From contig MCFE01000292.1 of NCBI GenBank assembly GCA_002104905.1, forward strand, positions 1 to 64,000: a stretch of 64,000 nt of DNA, read 5' to 3'. Made by a program: the position numbers and the translations under genes. The notes under the pieces are model-generated. The model did no database searches, was not told the origin of the DNA, and saw only the letters and a program-made list of their open reading frames with translations. Of the stretch, positions 59,175-64,000 are shown piece by piece. The DNA comes from Basidiobolus meristosporus CBS 931.73 (Eukaryota; Fungi; Basidiobolomycota). Position 1 is the first letter of the stretch. Each line of letters starts with the position of its first letter.

Positions 59175-60422
59175 ATGGTCCCCATACCAAGCCTCAACTC
59201 ATCTTTAGTACAACCCAGACAAAACCCATCCCCCAGCTCACAAGCGCAGTCAGGACCAAAAAATTTGATGTTGGATCCATTCAAGTTCTTGCCAAATGAT
59301 TTTAGTATGGCCCAAGTGTCTATGATGAGCCTTCATACAGATATTTGGGCACTACTGATTAATCTAGCAGAACTAGATACCTCAGAGAGTCAACAAAGAT
59401 GGAAGAATTTGAGTAGAAAGCTGTTGCATGAGCTCTACATCAAGATGCCAGCCAATGTATGTAAGAAGATATATAACAAGACAAGTATTGAAATCAAGAA
59501 TGAGCTGAGAGTGAGGGGATTTGACAAAGAAGCTGCACGGGAACAATTTTGTGCGCAATTTGCACAGTACAGGCTGGACGCGTCTGTTTGTGCCTCAACT
59601 TTGGGAACCAAAGAGATTTTGAATGAGTTTTTGCCTCAACTGACTAATGTACTATGTGATATATTAGTAGAGCTAAGTGGCTTCTGAGAGCAATATACAC
59701 AGGACTCATCCAGGCAACAGCTCCAAAGTATCAGACAGAGGGTAAGTGAATACCTTGAGGAATCAGATGGTGAGCTTCAGGAGGAAGATTACAGACCGCA
59801 AGCAACATTGTCCAGATTGCGCCAGCACGCCTTGCTGGATTCCCTACCATTGCTTGCAACCACAGCGTGCCGGCACACGTCAGTCCAGACCATGCCAACA
59901 CCCTTTACCAGAACGCCCCGCATCAAGTCAACGTGCATTGAGTCAACGCACGTGCTTCAGAGCAAAACTACAAGAACTTGCCAAACTGCTCACTTAGACA
60001 CAAGTCCATTGGAGCGGACCAAGTTGCGTCAACATGCGGCATCACATCAGACTCAGCCAAGGGCCATCTCAACACGTCAAGGTGCACCTGTGCATGCCAT
60101 TTTGCCTGACTATCAGCAAGTTACTTCTGGTGAACTGACTGATGATGACCAACATGAAGTGCCTCAACCACCGGAGCCCTTGGCAAGTAAAAGAATGCAT
60201 CAGCACATGGCACTACAGGCCGGTTCAGTTGGTTCAGTTGGAGCAATTCAGCGCGGCCAAGCTGCAGCATTGCACTCATCAACTAGGAGGCAAAATACTG
60301 ACTACAAATACACAAGTAGCCAAGATGATAGTCAGCTAGGAAGTAGTATAGGTGTGCAAAGTGAGTCACTACCAAATGCTTCAGTAGTAATCCCTGTGAG
60401 AAAAAAACCCAGGAGAAGATGA
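59175..60422 (+). pseudogene. Putative Harbinger ORF2 (Myb/SANT/MADF-like DNA-binding partner), one in-frame TGA
   Basis: ORFs 59175-59687 and 59808-60422 are the same frame, separated only by a TGA at 59685-59687. Contains IWALL..ESQQRWKNLSRKL and a basic C-terminus PVRKKPRRR. Divergent from the transposase. Confidence 0.55.
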
Positions 60423-61559
60423 TGCAATTGCTTTGAGTTGCTCATATTTGTAATGATCCCAACAACCCATTTTTTTGCAATCCAAATCAAGCCATTGCAA
60501 ATCAGTGATCATCATATTTTTGATATAAATAATATCAAGGTTGTCTCACATTTGAGACAGAACCCCTATAAATGAGCTCCCTGCATATATATATGTCATC
60601 TGTAATACCAGTGCAGCTATTGGATCTGTTTTGCACCTACACAATTGCTTGCGTGCTAGCTAAGACACCTTGTCCAATCACTAGGATCAGGGATTTACTT
60701 GCTCAATGGGCAAAATGGGATATTTGATGGCAAATCAGGTAGCTTTTTTAATAGTCAATGAGCCAATTGGGGGCTGCCAGCTTCAGGATACTTTTGGACC
60801 AATTAACCACTGAGATACTGTCCAATTGGAGTGAGGGTAACCAAAATGGTAAGTATCAGTGTAGTTTATAGCGTGATACACATTTATTTCTATTTACATT
60901 AAAGAAACATATCCAAATACTGGATTTTACCTGCCATATTAGCGGTATCCAATTGCGCATGTGATGCAAACATTACAAGTTGGCGCAATCATCCGTGCCA
61001 ATCTCATTGTGGCAGATTGTGCCATAGTGTGCAAGATTGTCCCACATAGTGCAGAATTGTCCAAGAACAATCCTGCCTTCTGGTAGCTATAATATTGCAC
61101 CCAATTGTTCTTTACAACTGCGGATTGTGCCACACGCCCTGGCACAGTGCAATGGAACAAGTCTAAAGTATAAATAGTTCTATCCCCCCTTATGTATTTC
61201 TCAGTCTGATAAACATAGGTCTTGAATAAACAGTGTTGCCTTGTTGATTCACACCTAAGTCCTTTCCTGGTCCTGCCTTGCCTAGCCCTACTCTCCCACC
61301 TTGTGTCTATACATAACATATGCATACTTGTCACCATGTGCAAATTAAATATGGTGAGTTTGTGACACCTATTGGTTAACCTCAGCCTTCTAAATATGGC
61401 CTGCAGAGTGATAACTTTGCAGAAGAAGGCTAACTGATGGATTGTGAGTCTATCTCCCCTCACAACAGTATCCTGTATGAGCCCAGCAAAGCTTTGATGT
61501 GCAATGAGACAACACCTGTGGAAAAGAATGCCAAGGATACTTTATGGAGCCAAGTGGGT

Positions 61560-61711
61560 TAGCCCCAAACTTTGCACACATCTCCTTGGGACCTTTGCAA
61601 ACATATTCTACAAGTTTACTATACTTTTACACTTAGTATATTATTAAGTGATGACTAAATAATCTATATCTTCTTCCAATTGCTTCTAGTATCTCCAAGA
61701 CTCTTACAACA
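61560..61711 (+). mobile_element. Partial LTR of the same family in opposite orientation, truncating gag
   Basis: Reverse complement of the segments at about 62283-62460 and 56835-57010; ends TACAACA at 61711. Confidence 0.7.
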
Positions 61712-62253
61712 CCATATATATAATATAAGATCAAATTGTCAGCTGTGGACTTTAAGGCTGATACAAGGCCTTGAAACTTGTCTACCAGGCTATTCCAGAG
61801 GGTAACTATCATATCTTCCTCAGTAGTTAGCACACCAACATATTCCATCTCATCAACCCACAGGGTAATTCTGTTAATTAGAGAGCTCATTTCTTCTCCT
61901 GGCAGAATATTTGTAGTAAGGAATTTTTGTCTAGGGTACATCTACTTGGTGGCTGAACATGACTGGTAGGTGTCTTTTAATGTCTTCTAGGCATTCTTTG
62001 CTGTTTTTGCTGTTGAACATTGATTTATCAATTTGTCTTTAGCATTAAGACAAATGCTTTAAAGGCACTTTGCTCCTTCTTCTGGTACTTTAAGGCTTCT
62101 CTCACTTTTCTTTAAAGGCATTCTTCTCCCATTGAAATATACCAAGGCCTCTTCTTTGTGGCAGAATCATCATCTTACCTTCCAGACTTGGTAGTTGGAT
62201 CCATCCAACTTTTCAGCAGAGGGAAAAGTTCCAGTATTAGCAGTATTAAGCAT
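61712..62253 (-). pseudogene. Ty1/copia gag relic
   Basis: MLNTANTGTFPSAEKLDGSNYQVWKVRM, then ICLN..TAKTAK..TLKDTYQS, then QKFLT..GEEMSSLINRI..EEDMIVTLWNSLVDKFQGLVSAL (UBN2-type gag), with frameshifts and stops. Confidence 0.85.
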
Positions 62254-62269
62254 TGCAGAGTGACAGCTT

Positions 62270-62635
62270 GGGGCTCATAGCCAGTTGTAAGAGTCTTCGA
62301 GATATTGGAAGTAATTGGGAAAACAAGTATACAGAGTGGTTTTACTAAATGATTTATTTAATATAAAAGTAGTAAATATACCTTTACATGATCTTGGCAA
62401 AACAAATGCAAGGAGTATGCTTGAGAGAATTCCATGAATATGTGCAAAGTATGGGGCTGTTTGGGCAACTTTGCAAAACTTCATGATCTGGGTACATGAT
62501 AGATTTATAAATGTAGCTCAAGTAAATCCCAACATAGTATTTAGTCAGAGTTCTGAAATATTTGTAGGTAATGATCTGAGTGACTAAGTGAAGTGAATAC
62601 TCAGGTAGAATCACAAACTTTTAGGGCATACAACA
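62270..62635 (-). mobile_element. 5' LTR (62283-62635) and primer-binding site of a copia retrotransposon
   Basis: On the minus strand the LTR starts TGTTGTA and ends TTACAACT. It is followed by GGCTATGAGCCCC (62282-62270), a GGTTATG(A/G)GCCC-type copia PBS, and then the gag ATG at 62253. Confidence 0.8.
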
Positions 62636-64000
62636 CTATTAGAAATAGATTTGATAAATAAGTCTGTGAACTTCATCATGCATCTAATATATGTGACTTA
62701 ACTACTACTCTAAGATACACAAAGCTGTTTTAAATATCAAGGGTACACATAGTAGGTCACCTGCAATATAAGGGTATTTCATAGCTTGATAGGGCAATGT
62801 AAGACACACAGTACTCTGAATTCTGGTGCAGGGGTCTGTGATATGTCACAAAATAACTATAATAAGCTATAAGCTCCTGTATAAAATAATTCTATAATAT
62901 CAATTGAGACTTATGTTTGCACCAAAATAATCATATAAGCCTGACCACTGTGTAAGACAGATACCTAGGCCATTAAGTTTTTATGTAGTACAACAGTCCT
63001 CACACTTTATGTATATGTTCATGGCATATTGTACATGTTTTTTTTGCCAGAACCATGTATAAATATCACTTTTACATTCAATATATCATAGAGCAAAAGC
63101 CACTTAGTTTAGTTGTTGTCCCAGTCACTTACAACATCTACAAGACTCACAGCATATTGTTGGTGAGAAGCTAAGCTTACTTTTAAATACACTAAACCAC
63201 TGGCAAGTTCTCATTGCCATTTTCCACCGCCACTATATAGTGATCATTGCATATGTTGGATGCAAGTACTTTTTGAAATATATTCCACATATTTGGTATG
63301 GATTAGCACTTTTAATCTGCTTAGGTTGTTATGAATTCGAGTAGCAATAAATAGTACAAATACATAGACCGGCTTTAGCAATTTTGGATAGCCTGAACCA
63401 ACTATACATCTTCCCAAATCTTCTCTAAGGCTGATTATATATCTCAATGATATGGTTGACCAAGCCTGTGAGAAATCAAAAGATACTTGCGACGCATTAC
63501 ACATTGGCATGACTCAGTGGTTATTGGACCAGAAATTACTTTGATTGCTAATCGATTGGCTATGATGTACTGAATAAGCGCAGTCGAATGATTAAGAGTA
63601 TGGCCAACGCATAGCAGAGAAGAATACCACCAAAATTCCAATTAGGAGTGGTTACTGCGGATCACCCAACACCGTTCATTCATCAAATCGAGGGCCACTT
63701 AGTAATCAGCCGGCCGGGTAGTGAACCGACTCGAAGTGGAGGAAAGAATCCAGTTTTCCCCGAAACACAACTGATGACGGCTCATGAATCTCCAGGAGAC
63801 CGTGTCCGGTGATGTCCAATGCACCCACATTCGCAACTCCTCCGGTGATTCGTGGCGCGAATTATCGAGAGCGGCGGCATATCCTATGGGCTGCACTTGC
63901 CCGTTCGGTTACAAAATGTGCGGTGCCACCAAGCAATACCAATCCGGAAGCATTGTCCTGCGAATTTTAATATGGATGGCCGGGCACCATTGGCCCTGGA

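Noticed and set aside
57400-61150. Terminal inverted repeats for the Harbinger element
   Set aside because: Short recurring motifs (tgccag/ctggca, gattgtgcca, a tgtctca hairpin near 60542) were seen, but no matching pair with a TSD.
1-64000. CRISPR array, rRNA or tRNA genes
   Set aside because: No regularly spaced short repeats or recognisable structural RNA sequence were seen; the repeats are segmental duplications.
63244-64000. CpG-normal, gene-like sequence at the window end
   Set aside because: All frames are short and no motif was recognised. It may be part of a spliced gene continuing beyond the window, but it cannot be called.

Overview
Eukaryotic, most likely fungal DNA. Evidence: short 52-53 nt GT-AG introns, TATA boxes about 35-50 bp upstream of ATGs, a fungal-type BCS1-like AAA ATPase, and piggyBac, Harbinger and copia elements. 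An early-diverging fungus is an inference only. Positions 1 to about 53,200 are a tandemly duplicated birth-and-death cluster built from five families: (1) at least 10 intronless, signal-peptide-less phosphodiester glycosidase (NAGPA/DUF2233-like) genes, 7 intact and 3 decayed; (2) four secreted SH3b-like plus M15/DD-peptidase-like proteins (3 intact with a hydrophobic GPI-like tail and lost zinc ligands, 1 truncated); (3) five paralogues of an unrecognised ~500 aa membrane protein with a large Cys-containing loop; (4) three small secreted DUF6973-like proteins, one with a premature stop; (5) a BCS1-like AAA ATPase plus two broken copies. Families 1, 2 and 4 look bacterial in origin, and 1 and 2 point to cell-envelope chemistry, so the cluster is a candidate horizontally seeded antibacterial-sensing or effector island. 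From about 53,700 the sequence becomes a strongly CpG-depleted transposon graveyard containing a solo LTR with a perfect TSD, a two-gene PIF/Harbinger element and a copia 5' LTR-PBS-gag relic. Family assignments come from motif recognition by eye; no database search was run.
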